Part shown: one piece after another, positions 35,501 to 44,545 of the stretch
Layout: each line of letters starts with the position of its first letter
Numbering within the stretch: the stretch's first letter is position 1
NCBI GenBank assembly: GCA_964593065.1
Contig: CAZQGO010000004.1
Span: 51,832-115,831 of the forward strand
Length of the DNA: 64,000 nucleotides
Source: an uncultured bacterium
GTDB taxonomy: Bacteria; Oederibacteriota; JAAXVQ01
Direction of reading: 5' to 3'
Program-made: the position numbers and the translations under genes
Notes under the pieces: model-generated
Databases searched by the model: none
The model's input: only the letters and a program-made list of their open reading frames with translations
What the model was told of the DNA's origin: nothing

Positions 35501-38495
35501 GCTTCGCCCCCGCGGGGGAACTCGGTTGGGCGGCGGGCGCTTCCAGGCCGGCGAGTTTCTCCTTGATCAACTTGATCCGCTCCTGTGCGGACTTCCGCCA
35601 GCGCTTTTCCCCGGCCTGCCGGGCGATGCGGCGGTAGGTGTTGATCGCCGCTTCGAATTCCCCCGCCTTCTCCTGGATCTCAGCCACCCGCGCCAAGGCC
35701 GTCGCGGTCCAGCGGCCGGCCCGCGGATAGCGGTCCGCCACCTTGAGGAACTCACGGACCGCCGTGGAGGACTGACCCTGGCTCTGATACATGTCGCCAA
35801 TCCAGAACTGGGCCTCGGCCGCCAAATCCTGGGGCGCATCCGTCGTGATCTTCTGGAAGGCCTGCCGGGCCTCCGCCCAGTTCCGGCTGTCCTGCAACAT
35901 ATAGCCGATGCGCATTTGTGCCCGGAAAGCCAGATCCGTACCGGGGTACTGCTCAATGACTTTTTGGTAGGCATCCCGGGCTTCCACGTTCAAATCCAGC
36001 CGCTTGAAAGCCATCCCGATGTTGAACCGGGCATCCGCCGCCAGCTTGTGCTCCGGGAAATCCCGGATGAACTGATTGTAGCTGTTGATCGCTTGATCGT
36101 ACTCGCGCAATTTGTAGTAGGCGGTGCCGATCCAAAAAGCAGCCTGCTTGGACAGGTCCCGGTCCGGGTATTCCTTGATCAACTGTCGAAACTGCGCCAG
36201 GGCCTCGGTATAATTCCGTTCCTGATAGAAACACCAGGCCTTCCAGTACAGGGCATCCGCGACCAACGGACTCTTGGGAAACTTGGCGATGACCTCCTGG
36301 AATTCCCTTCTGGCCCTTTCGTATTTCTTCCGGTGGTAATAATGCTCGGCGACGCGGTACTGCACGTCCGCGGACAAAGAGCTTTGCGGGTACAACTGGA
36401 TGAACTTGCGCGAGGCTTCCACCGCCTCCTGGTATTTGCCCTGTTGATAGAAGGACCACTGGATCCCGTAGAGCGCATCCGGCACCAGGGGATTCTCCGG
36501 ATGGCGGTTGACAAATTTCTGGTAGGCCTCGACCGCCTCCGGGTATTGCTTGGCGTTGTAATAACAAGTGCCGATCCTGAATTCCGCGTCGATCACAAGA
36601 TGGCTGGAAGGATACTTGGCGGCCATATCCCGGAAAACCCGGATCGCCTCCGCATAATTGTTCTGCCGGAACCAGGCCCAACCGCTCCAGTACAGCGCCT
36701 CACCCGCCAGGGGATGCCGCGGTTGCTCGCGCACCAGGGCCTGCCAGCGGGCGATGGCCTTGGCGAAATCCTCCTGCCGGTAAGCGCTCCAACCGCTTTG
36801 GTACAGGGCCTCCGCGTATTCGCGCGTGCCGGGGTAGCGCCCCAGGACGCGGGTATAATATTCCTCGGCCTGCAGATATTTTTTTTGATTGAAGGCGATG
36901 TCGCCCAGACGCATCAGGGCATCCGCCTGGACCGGGCCCGCCGGATACAGGAGCAGGATGCGTTTGAACTCCCGCTCGGCGTTCCCGTACTCCTCGGCCC
37001 GAAAATAGGTCCACGCAATCCCGGACTGCGCGAGGGCCGCTTCGCGGCTCAACGGGAAGCGGGACAGGACCTCCTGATAGGCGGCCCGTGCCCGCCCATT
37101 GTCTCCCTGGCGGTAGTAGGCATCCCCCCGGCGCAACAGGGCTTCGGTGGCCAGGGAACTGTCGGGATAGGCGGCCAGCAAGGCCTCGAAGACGGCGAGT
37201 GCCTCTTCCGGCCGCCCCAGCTGCAACTCGCACCATCCCGTCCAAAACATGGCCGGAGGGGCCCAGGGAGTTCGGGGATACGAGGTGTAGACGTCGCGAT
37301 AGGCCTGGGCGGCCGAGTCGTAGCGTTCCAGCCGGTAGAAGCCATTGCCGATGAGATAGAGCGTCTGCGCGCTCAACTCCGGGGAAGGATTCAACGTCAA
37401 CAGGCGCTGGAAAAAATTGATCGCCTGGTTCTCCTGCGCCTGTTTCAGCCGGCACCAGCCCGCCGTGTACAGGGCCCGGGCCGCGAATTTGCCATCCGGG
37501 AAGCGCAGCACCAGCGTCAGCAGGGTTTTAACGGCTTCGTCGTACTTTTCCTGCCCGGCTTGCGCCTGCCCGAGACGGAGCAGGGCCAGGGGGACGATGG
37601 CATGACGGGGAAACTGCTCCACCAGGCCGGCGAACTCGGTCTCGGCTTCCGCCGCCCGCCCCGCCAACAGCAGGGCCACCCCCTTGCCGTAGCGGGCGTA
37701 GGGCGCGAGCGCATGCCCGGGAAAGTCCGTCAATAATTTTTGATATGCGTCCAAAGCCTCCCCATAACGCTCCAGGGCGAGCAGGGATTCCGCGCGGTAA
37801 TACCATGAATCCGGGATGAGGGGGGAGCCGGGAAAGCGCTGCTGGAAATCCGCGAACACCCGATCGGCCAGGGAAAATTGCTCCTGGCTGGCCGAAGTGC
37901 CGGTGTTGCCTTCCGCCTCGGCGCGCCCCAGGGCGTAACGGACCCGTCCCAGAGAGTACAATGCAAAGGGTGATAAGTCGGTATGCGGATAGGCCCGCCA
38001 ATAGGCCTCGAATTCGGTCCCCGCGCTTTCCAGTTGCTGGTCGCGGAAAAGGGATTCGGCCAGCCAATACCGGCTTTGCGGTGTCAGGTAGTGGCCGGGG
38101 TGGTCTCTCAGGAAAACCCGCAATTCCCGGATGGCGTCCCCGTACCGTCCGGCCAGGAAAAGGCAGCGGGCCAGGCGGTACCGGGCTTCGGGACGATACA
38201 GGCTGAGGGCATAGTAGTCCAGAACCCGGCGGAATCCCTCCTCCGCTTTCGCATACTTCCCTTCCTCGTACCAGCTCTCGGCCCAGAGATACTGGACGTC
38301 TCCGGCGCGCGGATGATGCGGATACCATTCGATGAATTTCGTGAATTGGGTGCGCGCCAGTTCGAAGTCATGCTGCTCATACAGTCCCAGGGCCAGGCGG
38401 TACATTTGTTCGGCGGGCATCTGCGCCAGCGAAGTGGTCGCGCCGAAAAGGCACAAGGCAGAGGCCAGGAGCAGGCAACGCCCGGATGGATTCAT
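35493..38495 (-). CDS. Large secreted tetratricopeptide-repeat protein (~1000 aa, >20 TPR/YbgF-like repeats)
   Basis: Signal peptide plus a repeated …A.Y.LG..Y…Y..A… 34-mer pattern throughout. Confidence 0.8.
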   Translation of the reverse strand: MNPSGRCLLLASALCLFGATTSLAQMPAEQMYRLALGLYEQHDFELARTQFTKFIEWYPHHPRAGDVQYLWAESWYEEGKYAKAEEGFRRVLDYYALSLYRPEARYRLARCLFLAGRYGDAIRELRVFLRDHPGHYLTPQSRYWLAESLFRDQQLESAGTEFEAYWRAYPHTDLSPFALYSLGRVRYALGRAEAEGNTGTSASQEQFSLADRVFADFQQRFPGSPLIPDSWYYRAESLLALERYGEALDAYQKLLTDFPGHALAPYARYGKGVALLLAGRAAEAETEFAGLVEQFPRHAIVPLALLRLGQAQAGQEKYDEAVKTLLTLVLRFPDGKFAARALYTAGWCRLKQAQENQAINFFQRLLTLNPSPELSAQTLYLIGNGFYRLERYDSAAQAYRDVYTSYPRTPWAPPAMFWTGWCELQLGRPEEALAVFEALLAAYPDSSLATEALLRRGDAYYRQGDNGRARAAYQEVLSRFPLSREAALAQSGIAWTYFRAEEYGNAEREFKRILLLYPAGPVQADALMRLGDIAFNQKKYLQAEEYYTRVLGRYPGTREYAEALYQSGWSAYRQEDFAKAIARWQALVREQPRHPLAGEALYWSGWAWFRQNNYAEAIRVFRDMAAKYPSSHLVIDAEFRIGTCYYNAKQYPEAVEAYQKFVNRHPENPLVPDALYGIQWSFYQQGKYQEAVEASRKFIQLYPQSSLSADVQYRVAEHYYHRKKYERARREFQEVIAKFPKSPLVADALYWKAWCFYQERNYTEALAQFRQLIKEYPDRDLSKQAAFWIGTAYYKLREYDQAINSYNQFIRDFPEHKLAADARFNIGMAFKRLDLNVEARDAYQKVIEQYPGTDLAFRAQMRIGYMLQDSRNWAEARQAFQKITTDAPQDLAAEAQFWIGDMYQSQGQSSTAVREFLKVADRYPRAGRWTATALARVAEIQEKAGEFEAAINTYRRIARQAGEKRWRKSAQERIKLIKEKLAGLEAPAAQPSSPAGAKHE

Positions 38496-39712
38496 GCCGT
38501 CTCCCCGGGGGGCTCGGGCGGAACCGGCTGCCCCTCCTGGCGGCTTTTCCGAGCACGGTGCTTACGCTGCAAATCCACGGCCCATTTCATGCAGGGCGGC
38601 ATGAACAGCGTGGTCGCCATGCACATCGCCACGATCACTGCGTACAAGTCCGGGGGGATGAGCTTCAACCGCCCGCCGAGCGCGGCGATAATCAGGCCCA
38701 CTTCTCCTCGGGGCGCCATGCCGACGCCGACGATGAGCGCGCTGTCCCAGCCTTCTTTCAGGACCGCCAGGCCTCCGCCCAGGAGTTTGGTGGCCAGGGC
38801 CAGAACCGTCAGAATCACCGCCATGCCCACCACCCGCACATCGCCGAACAAGGTCAGATCCACACCCGCCCCCATGATGACGAAAAATACCGGCACCACC
38901 AGGTCCACCAAGGGTTCCATGCTGCGGTGGAGCCCGTATTGGTCCTGGATTTCCGCGAAAATCATCCCCGCCAAAAAGGCTCCGATGATGGCTGCCAAGC
39001 CGATGGCTTGGGCCAGGGCCGCAAGGCCCAGGCACACCAGGGCCGCGACGATTACCGGCATGTTGCGGGTCTTCAACCGTCCCAGCAGATGCCCCAGCCG
39101 CTTGGTCACCCCGCTCCCCACCAGCACGACCAGGAACACGAAGAGCACGGCCTGGAAAGTGATGGCCAGCAGCTTGGTGGTGGAAAAATCCCCCTGGCTG
39201 ATGCCGGTGACCAGCGCCAGCACCAGCATGCCCAGGACATCGTCGATGACCGCCGCTCCAAGGATAATCCGGCTTTCGCGGGATTGCAGGAACCGGAGGT
39301 CCGACAGGACGCGCGCGGTGATGCCCACCGAGGTAGCGACCATGGCGGCGGCCACGAACAAGGCCGTTTGGATATGGTGGTTGATGGCGAAAACGAAGGC
39401 CAGGCCGGCCACAAATGGCAGCACCACGCCCAGCACGGCCACCCAGAAGGAAGCCCGGCCCACTTTGAGCATATCGCTCAAGCGGCTTTCCAAGCCGACT
39501 TGAAAAAGCAGAAAAACAACCGCCAGTTCGGACAGGATGAAAAGGATGTTGCTTTCGTGGATCCAGCCCAGCGCATGGGGCCCGATGATCATCCCGATGA
39601 GCAGCTCGCCCACCACGGAAGGCTGGTGCCAATGCTCGAAAAGTTCACCCACAATTTTGGCCGCACCCACGATGATGAACAGTTCCAGCAGCGTGGCGGT
39701 TAAATTTTCCAT
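38492..39712 (-). CDS. Cation:proton antiporter (CPA2 family, KefB/NapA-like)
   Basis: ~12 TM segments with a characteristic N-terminus (…GELLIGMIIGPH…). Confidence 0.85.
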   Translation of the reverse strand: MENLTATLLELFIIVGAAKIVGELFEHWHQPSVVGELLIGMIIGPHALGWIHESNILFILSELAVVFLLFQVGLESRLSDMLKVGRASFWVAVLGVVLPFVAGLAFVFAINHHIQTALFVAAAMVATSVGITARVLSDLRFLQSRESRIILGAAVIDDVLGMLVLALVTGISQGDFSTTKLLAITFQAVLFVFLVVLVGSGVTKRLGHLLGRLKTRNMPVIVAALVCLGLAALAQAIGLAAIIGAFLAGMIFAEIQDQYGLHRSMEPLVDLVVPVFFVIMGAGVDLTLFGDVRVVGMAVILTVLALATKLLGGGLAVLKEGWDSALIVGVGMAPRGEVGLIIAALGGRLKLIPPDLYAVIVAMCMATTLFMPPCMKWAVDLQRKHRARKSRQEGQPVPPEPPGETA

Positions 39713-39920
39713 GCCTCTCCTCAGGTGCTTGCCGGCCTGGCTACGGCCCCGGGTTTTTCAAAAGATTATGCGCATGAATCCTTCTCTCGTCAATCAAAAT
39801 GGGGAGCGGGCGGATCCAACGAAAATTCCAAAGAAACCTTCTATTGGATACCGGCCGTCCGGCGGGGTTCCGCGAAAATGCCTTTTTTTCCCGGACGAAG
39901 CGCCGCCGGGGGCGGTGGAA

Positions 39921-40751
39921 TTAAGCCGTCGAACCGGAGGTGGGCAGATGAAAACGGTTTTGCAGAAGCCAATGGATCAAACGGCCGACCTCGGCGCGTG
40001 ATTTCAAGTAATAACTGGCCTTGGTCTTGCCGATGCGTTTTTCGTTCCCGACCACCACACCCATGCCTTCCCGTCCCATGAAACCGAAAATTTCTTCATC
40101 GCTTTCATCGGTGCCGACATACACCACCAACGGCCGGCGGCGGGGCGAGGCAAATTTATTCCATAAAAACATCGCGGCGCGGCCTTTGCCCCAGCCGACC
40201 CGGGGCCTCAAGGTCAACTCGTAATTTTTTTCCTGCAGGGTGAACGTATCCATGACCGGTGTCCACAGCTCCTCCATCACCAGCCGGGCGCGTCGCTGGT
40301 CGGCGGGCTTGGCCTGGGCCAGGTTGACCACCAAAGACAAACCGCGGTCTTCGTATTTAACCTCCTGGAAATCCGCCAGGCGTCTTTTCAGGGTCTGCGA
40401 CATCTTGACCAGAGCCTGACTGGTGCGCTTGGCTTCGGCGTGCACGACATTCAGGTCAGGGCCGAAAATTTCCAAACCGTTGTTGGCGATGAAATAGATC
40501 CCCGAAAAACCCACCAATTTCTTCAATACTTCGAGGGCATGGTCGCTGAGAATGATCAGGGTAAGAAAGGAAAATTCCGAAAGCTCCCGCAACTGTTCCC
40601 GCAAGTCGGAAGGCAGAGGCGTCCCGGCGCCCCCGGCTTGGGTTTTGACGATGCTGTCGTAACTCAGAAACAGCAGCAGCCGGGTCCCGGCCTCCAGCCG
40701 CTGTTGGACTCCGGTTAAAATGGGTTTATTCAGCAGCCATTTCATAGCCAA
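39921..40751 (-). CDS. HAD-IIB trehalose-phosphatase-like protein with degenerate catalytic motifs
   Basis: Overall T6PP-like layout (…VYVGTDESDEE…), but motif I reads FLSYDSIV instead of DxDGT and motif IV has T in place of the first D (eyeball alignment). Confidence 0.6.
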   Translation of the reverse strand: MAMKWLLNKPILTGVQQRLEAGTRLLLFLSYDSIVKTQAGGAGTPLPSDLREQLRELSEFSFLTLIILSDHALEVLKKLVGFSGIYFIANNGLEIFGPDLNVVHAEAKRTSQALVKMSQTLKRRLADFQEVKYEDRGLSLVVNLAQAKPADQRRARLVMEELWTPVMDTFTLQEKNYELTLRPRVGWGKGRAAMFLWNKFASPRRRPLVVYVGTDESDEEIFGFMGREGMGVVVGNEKRIGKTKASYYLKSRAEVGRLIHWLLQNRFHLPTSGSTA

Positions 40752-40807
40752 ATCTCATCTCCCGCGGAACTCGGCACGCCTTTTAGCATAACACAAAACA
40801 CCTGAAA

Positions 40808-41305
40808 TCAACAGGGTTTTCCCAGCACGCGGGCCTTGTCGTACAGCCTGCTTTCCACTTCCGCCAACAATTCGATATCTTCCCGGTTGTAGAGCAGGAG
40901 CTTCCGGAGGGCAGCGGCATCTCCCCGCATTTGCCACTCCGACCAGAGTCGCATGGCTTCGAGTCCGTCCACGCCTTCGGATTGGCGACGCAGGCCCAGC
41001 TGCCGTTCCACGGCTTTCAAGCCGCCCTTGAGGGATAAGCGCCAGCAGAAATACATCAAATCCTGGTGCGCGAAAAGGGTTTTCAGGTCCAGACCCAGCC
41101 GCCGCTTGATCACGGGCAGGTCGAAACGGGCTCCGTTGTAGGTCTTGATCAGCTCCACCTCCCGCAGGGCCTCCAGCAGATTGCGGGCCGTCGCCTCCGG
41201 TCCCACCAGTTGACGGGTTCCCCAACGGGGCCGGAAGAGGCCAATCACGGTGATTTCCCCGGCATAGGAGGTTTCGATGTCCAGGTAGGCCGCGCGGGCT
41301 GGCAT
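40808..41305 (-). CDS. RNase H-like fold 3'-5' exonuclease-like protein (YprB/PF13482-like)
   Basis: YLDIETS…TYNGARFDLPV…H…D pattern. The track start at 41311 is GTG; ATG at 41305. Confidence 0.55.
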   Translation of the reverse strand: MPARAAYLDIETSYAGEITVIGLFRPRWGTRQLVGPEATARNLLEALREVELIKTYNGARFDLPVIKRRLGLDLKTLFAHQDLMYFCWRLSLKGGLKAVERQLGLRRQSEGVDGLEAMRLWSEWQMRGDAAALRKLLLYNREDIELLAEVESRLYDKARVLGKPC

Positions 41306-41314
41306 GGTCACCCT

Positions 41315-42427
41315 TTAGAGCATTCGCCGGTTCAGCCAATGCTGGAAGAAAACATCCTGGATGGCATACGCATCATCGCTTTTTTCCAAGATCTGCATGG
41401 CCAGCAGGCGTCCCAGGGATTTCTGTACCGTGGAAAAGCTTCCCAAATTGTGTTGGAGCAGGTAATCCTTGGAAAATATCTTTTTGCCACCCGCCGAAGC
41501 CACCGCACGCAACAGGTTCTTTTGATGCAGGGATAGATCCCGCCAAAGAAAAGTATAGAACACCGCATGGGTTTCCAGAATGGCCTCCAGCGTGTGGGTC
41601 AGGTTCTTCACCGAAATCACCTTGCTCGTGTGTCCGAGATTCCATAGTTCCCGGCAAATCAACTGGGTAAAGTGCGGATGGCCCCGCGAAAGCCTGAGGA
41701 TTTCATCGATGACCGCTTCCTCGATGCGGTAACCCGTGTTCTCAAACCTGGTTTTAATGAAGGCCTTCAGATAGCGTTCCTCGATCTTGGCCAAGGGAAG
41801 ATGCACGAAGCCGGCGAGGTCTTTTTCGGGATAGGGCTCGAGGCTGATCAGCAGATAACCAACGCGGGTGTGGGCACGGGCGATGATTTTGATACTTTGC
41901 CGCAGTTCATCGGGCAGATTGCCCCCCGCCGTGATTTCATCCAGGCAAACGATGCAAGGCCGCTTTTTGTACTCGGAAGTCAATTGGGAAAGCTCTAAAA
42001 GCGCTTGCGCCACGGCGGTATGATCATGCGCGCGGGTCAGGTCGATGGACAATTCCCCGTTCTTATCGATTTTCAACACCAGCAATTTCTTGATATCCTC
42101 TTTCAGGATGTCCACGAAGCTGTGGAGTTCCTTGGTTTGTCGAAAAGCGGAACGCAGCAGTTCGGCTAAAAAAACCTCCATGAAACGGGGCAAGGAATAA
42201 GCATAATCGAAATCCACGTAGACCGTAATATTCCCCCGACGCTCAAATTCGGCCATCACCCTCCGGGCCAGGGACGACTTCCCGGAATATCGCGGTCCGG
42301 TCAGCAAGACGTTATGACCCACCATGAGCTCCGAGACCAGTAATTCCCTCTCACGGTAGCGGTCGGTAAAAAAATCGTTGCTGACGGCTTCCCCATAACG
42401 GAATGGATTGGGAATCAAGGTCGGCAC
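41315..42427 (-). CDS. AAA-type ATPase with C-terminal DUF234 (Arch_ATPase/COG1672-like)
   Basis: Walker A GPRYSGKSS and Walker B …CIVCLDE…. GTG start at 42427 with TATAAT 14 nt upstream. Confidence 0.7.
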   Translation of the reverse strand: MPTLIPNPFRYGEAVSNDFFTDRYRERELLVSELMVGHNVLLTGPRYSGKSSLARRVMAEFERRGNITVYVDFDYAYSLPRFMEVFLAELLRSAFRQTKELHSFVDILKEDIKKLLVLKIDKNGELSIDLTRAHDHTAVAQALLELSQLTSEYKKRPCIVCLDEITAGGNLPDELRQSIKIIARAHTRVGYLLISLEPYPEKDLAGFVHLPLAKIEERYLKAFIKTRFENTGYRIEEAVIDEILRLSRGHPHFTQLICRELWNLGHTSKVISVKNLTHTLEAILETHAVFYTFLWRDLSLHQKNLLRAVASAGGKKIFSKDYLLQHNLGSFSTVQKSLGRLLAMQILEKSDDAYAIQDVFFQHWLNRRML

Positions 42428-42494
42428 CTCAGGTTCCGCTGATTATACCGGGAGGTATAATATCGCGGACCACATTGTTTGTCAAGACCCGCGT

Positions 42495-42527
42495 AAAAAA
42501 AAGGCTGCCCTCATAGAGGGCAGCCTG
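42495..42527 (-). terminator. Rho-independent terminator of hup (minus strand)
   Basis: Perfect 11-bp stem AGGCTGCCCTC/GAGGGCAGCCT with a 3-nt loop, followed on the minus strand by T8, 27 nt after the hup stop. Confidence 0.75.
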
Positions 42528-42553
42528 ACAAATTTCTATTCAGAAGGATTTGG

Positions 42554-42844
42554 TTACTTGCTCAAGACTTTCGTTTTCAGATCTTTGCTGACTCGAAAAC
42601 GAATGACGGTCTTGGCTGGCACTTTTACCATCGCGCCGGTTTGCGGATTGCGTGCCATCCTGGCTTTGCGGTTCCGAACAGAGAAAATGCCCAAACCCTG
42701 AAGTTTGTACTTTTTCTCCTTTTTGAGCACTTTAGCGAGCAGGTCATTCTGCGCATCGAGGACGTTGGTGATATCTTTCTTCTTAAGCCCTGTGGCGCTG
42801 ACCAGCTTGTTAAGCATTTCACTCTTCGTTAGCACTTTTTTCAC
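42554..42844 (-). CDS. hup: HU family DNA-binding protein
   Basis: …GFGIFSVRNRKARMARNPQTGAMVKVPAK… conserved arm. Confidence 0.9.
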   Translation of the reverse strand: MKKVLTKSEMLNKLVSATGLKKKDITNVLDAQNDLLAKVLKKEKKYKLQGLGIFSVRNRKARMARNPQTGAMVKVPAKTVIRFRVSKDLKTKVLSK

Positions 42845-42904
42845 CTCCTTTTACTCTAATTTTTGAGAAGGTTGCCAAAGGAGTCTTTACTTCTCTAAGC
42901 ATGA

Positions 42905-42933
42905 ATTATAAACGGACACTATATTTTGTGCAA
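42905..42933 (-). promoter_or_regulatory. σ70-like promoter for hup (TTGCAC - 17 nt - TATAAT on minus strand)
   Basis: Hexamers read from the reverse complement: -10 at 42910-42905, -35 at 42933-42928. Followed by an AAAGGAGG RBS. Confidence 0.55.
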
Positions 42934-43136
42934 GTATTTTTTCATTTCCCTGCATATTGTGGCCCGTATCTGGGGTTGCATTAAAAAAAACTGTTATGGG
43001 TTGTGGTTTACGTCAATTCTATTCATTTCAATAGAATAATTCGCAAACTTCTACGCGCAGTGCGCCGTTGGGAAACCGTTCAAGTTCCCGGCGAATTCAC
43101 CTCATCGGCCTCAAGGCTGGAAATCGCCCTAGCGAT

Positions 43137-43334
43137 TTACTTTTTCTCCATGACCCTTCCGCAGCAATAAATAGCCCTTTCGGTCAGGCCCCATTTATCC
43201 ACGCTCAATTCACGGCCGCATTCGTAACAGACCACACGGTCCTTCGCGGTCGCGGGATTTTTCGTGCCTTTCACTGCGGCTTTCCGTGCGGGCTTTTTGG
43301 CTGATTTCTTTCGGGCGACTTTTTTCTTGGTCAT
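43137..43334 (-). CDS. Small basic protein (65 aa): Lys-rich N-terminal tail plus C-terminal CxxC…CC zinc-ribbon
   Basis: MTKKKVARKKSAKKPARKAAVKGTK… then CYECG…YCCG. Has its own consensus promoter. Confidence 0.55.
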   Translation of the reverse strand: MTKKKVARKKSAKKPARKAAVKGTKNPATAKDRVVCYECGRELSVDKWGLTERAIYCCGRVMEKK

Positions 43335-43381
43335 CGGTCTTCTCCCTTCGAACCTGATTGTGAATACCCCGACCCCCGCGG

Positions 43382-43410
43382 CGATGAATTAATTATAAAT
43401 TTCCCCATGG
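43382..43410 (-). promoter_or_regulatory. σ70-like promoter for the Zn-ribbon gene (TTGGCT - 17 nt - TATAAT on minus strand)
   Basis: Hexamers read from the reverse complement: -10 at 43387-43382, -35 at 43410-43405. Confidence 0.5.
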
Positions 43411-43437
43411 GAATAGCCAACCCATAATTCACTTTTT

Positions 43438-43794
43438 TTATCGCTCGCGGTCTGCCTGGAACGCGTCGGGTATCAGCTGGGGGGCTGTCTGCGGGGATAG
43501 CGCGATGACATCGAAACGGCAGGGCCGTTTCGCCAGGCCCGGATGCGACTGTAAATAATGCTGCGCCGTGCGCACGATGTGCCGTTGTTTTGCTCGGGTG
43601 ACCGCCTCCGCCGGGAAACCATAGCTCAAGCCGGACCGTTGTTTGACTTCGATGAAACACAGTACGCCCCCGCTTTCCGCGATGATGTCGATCTCTCCCG
43701 CGGGGCAGCGGTAATTTCTTTCGCGCAGGCGATAGCCGTGCGCCGCCAGGTACCGGGCAGCCAGGTCTTCTCCGCTCTTGCCGGCGGGATGCAT
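43438..43794 (-). CDS. yraN: YraN family (UPF0102) endonuclease
   Basis: GE(I/V)D…FIEVK motif …GEIDIIAESGGVLCFIEVKQR…. Confidence 0.8.
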   Translation of the reverse strand: MHPAGKSGEDLAARYLAAHGYRLRERNYRCPAGEIDIIAESGGVLCFIEVKQRSGLSYGFPAEAVTRAKQRHIVRTAQHYLQSHPGLAKRPCRFDVIALSPQTAPQLIPDAFQADRER

Positions 43795-43796
43795 GC

Positions 43797-44450
43797 TCAG
43801 GGCAGGGAGAACGACTGCTGCGCGATGGGCTGGAAACTGCGGCGGTGCAATTCACAAATACCGTGGGCCCGGATCGCCTCCAAATGCTCGACCGTGCCAT
43901 AGCCTTTATGGCGGCCAAAGCCCCACTGGGGATACAGGGAATCATAATCCTCCATGATGCGGTCACGCGTGACCTTGGCGACAATGGAGGCGGCCGCGAT
44001 CGACAGGCAAAGACCGTCTCCGTTCACCACGGCTTCGCCGGAATGGGCCCACTGGGGTTTTCGATTTCCGTCAATGAGGAGGTAATCCGGAGGTTGGGCC
44101 AGGCTTTCCACGGCGCGGCGCATGGCCAGAAAAGTAGCTTCGAGGATATTCAGGCGATCGATGCCGGCGGCATCCACGAGGCCGATGCCAATGCCGAGAG
44201 CGTGTTCGTGAAGCAGCATGTATAAATCCCGGCGTTTGGCCGGGGTCAGTTTTTTGGAATCCCGGACTTCATGGAACCCGCGGGGTTGTTCCGGCAGGAT
44301 GACGCAGGCTGCCACCACCGGTCCGGCCAGAGGTCCCCGTCCCGCTTCGTCGATGCCGCCGATCTTGCGAAATCCCAAGGCCTGCGCGGCCAGTTCATAA
44401 GACAACCGGCCTGCAATATCCTGCGGCACCTCTGGTCGGGAGAAAGCCAT
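43797..44450 (-). CDS. rnhB: Ribonuclease HII
   Basis: …IGGIDEAGRGPLAGPVVAACVIL… motif. The track ORF extends to 44531; the internal ATG at 44450 gives a typical length. Confidence 0.88.
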   Translation of the reverse strand: MAFSRPEVPQDIAGRLSYELAAQALGFRKIGGIDEAGRGPLAGPVVAACVILPEQPRGFHEVRDSKKLTPAKRRDLYMLLHEHALGIGIGLVDAAGIDRLNILEATFLAMRRAVESLAQPPDYLLIDGNRKPQWAHSGEAVVNGDGLCLSIAAASIVAKVTRDRIMEDYDSLYPQWGFGRHKGYGTVEHLEAIRAHGICELHRRSFQPIAQQSFSLP

Positions 44451-44545
44451 ACCCACCCCGGGAAAAAGGATATACCGAACCGTTCCCTTCCCTTCGGTCC
44501 CGCCCATGCATTCCGGAACAGGCAACCGCAAGAGAAAACCGCCGC

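Noticed and set aside
35130-37736. 868-aa plus-strand ORF antisense to the TPR protein gene
   Set aside because: Very long, but it is the mirror of a repetitive GC-rich TPR coding region (Gly/Arg/Pro/Leu-rich translation). The TPR reading frame has a signal peptide and repeat structure; the antisense frame has neither.
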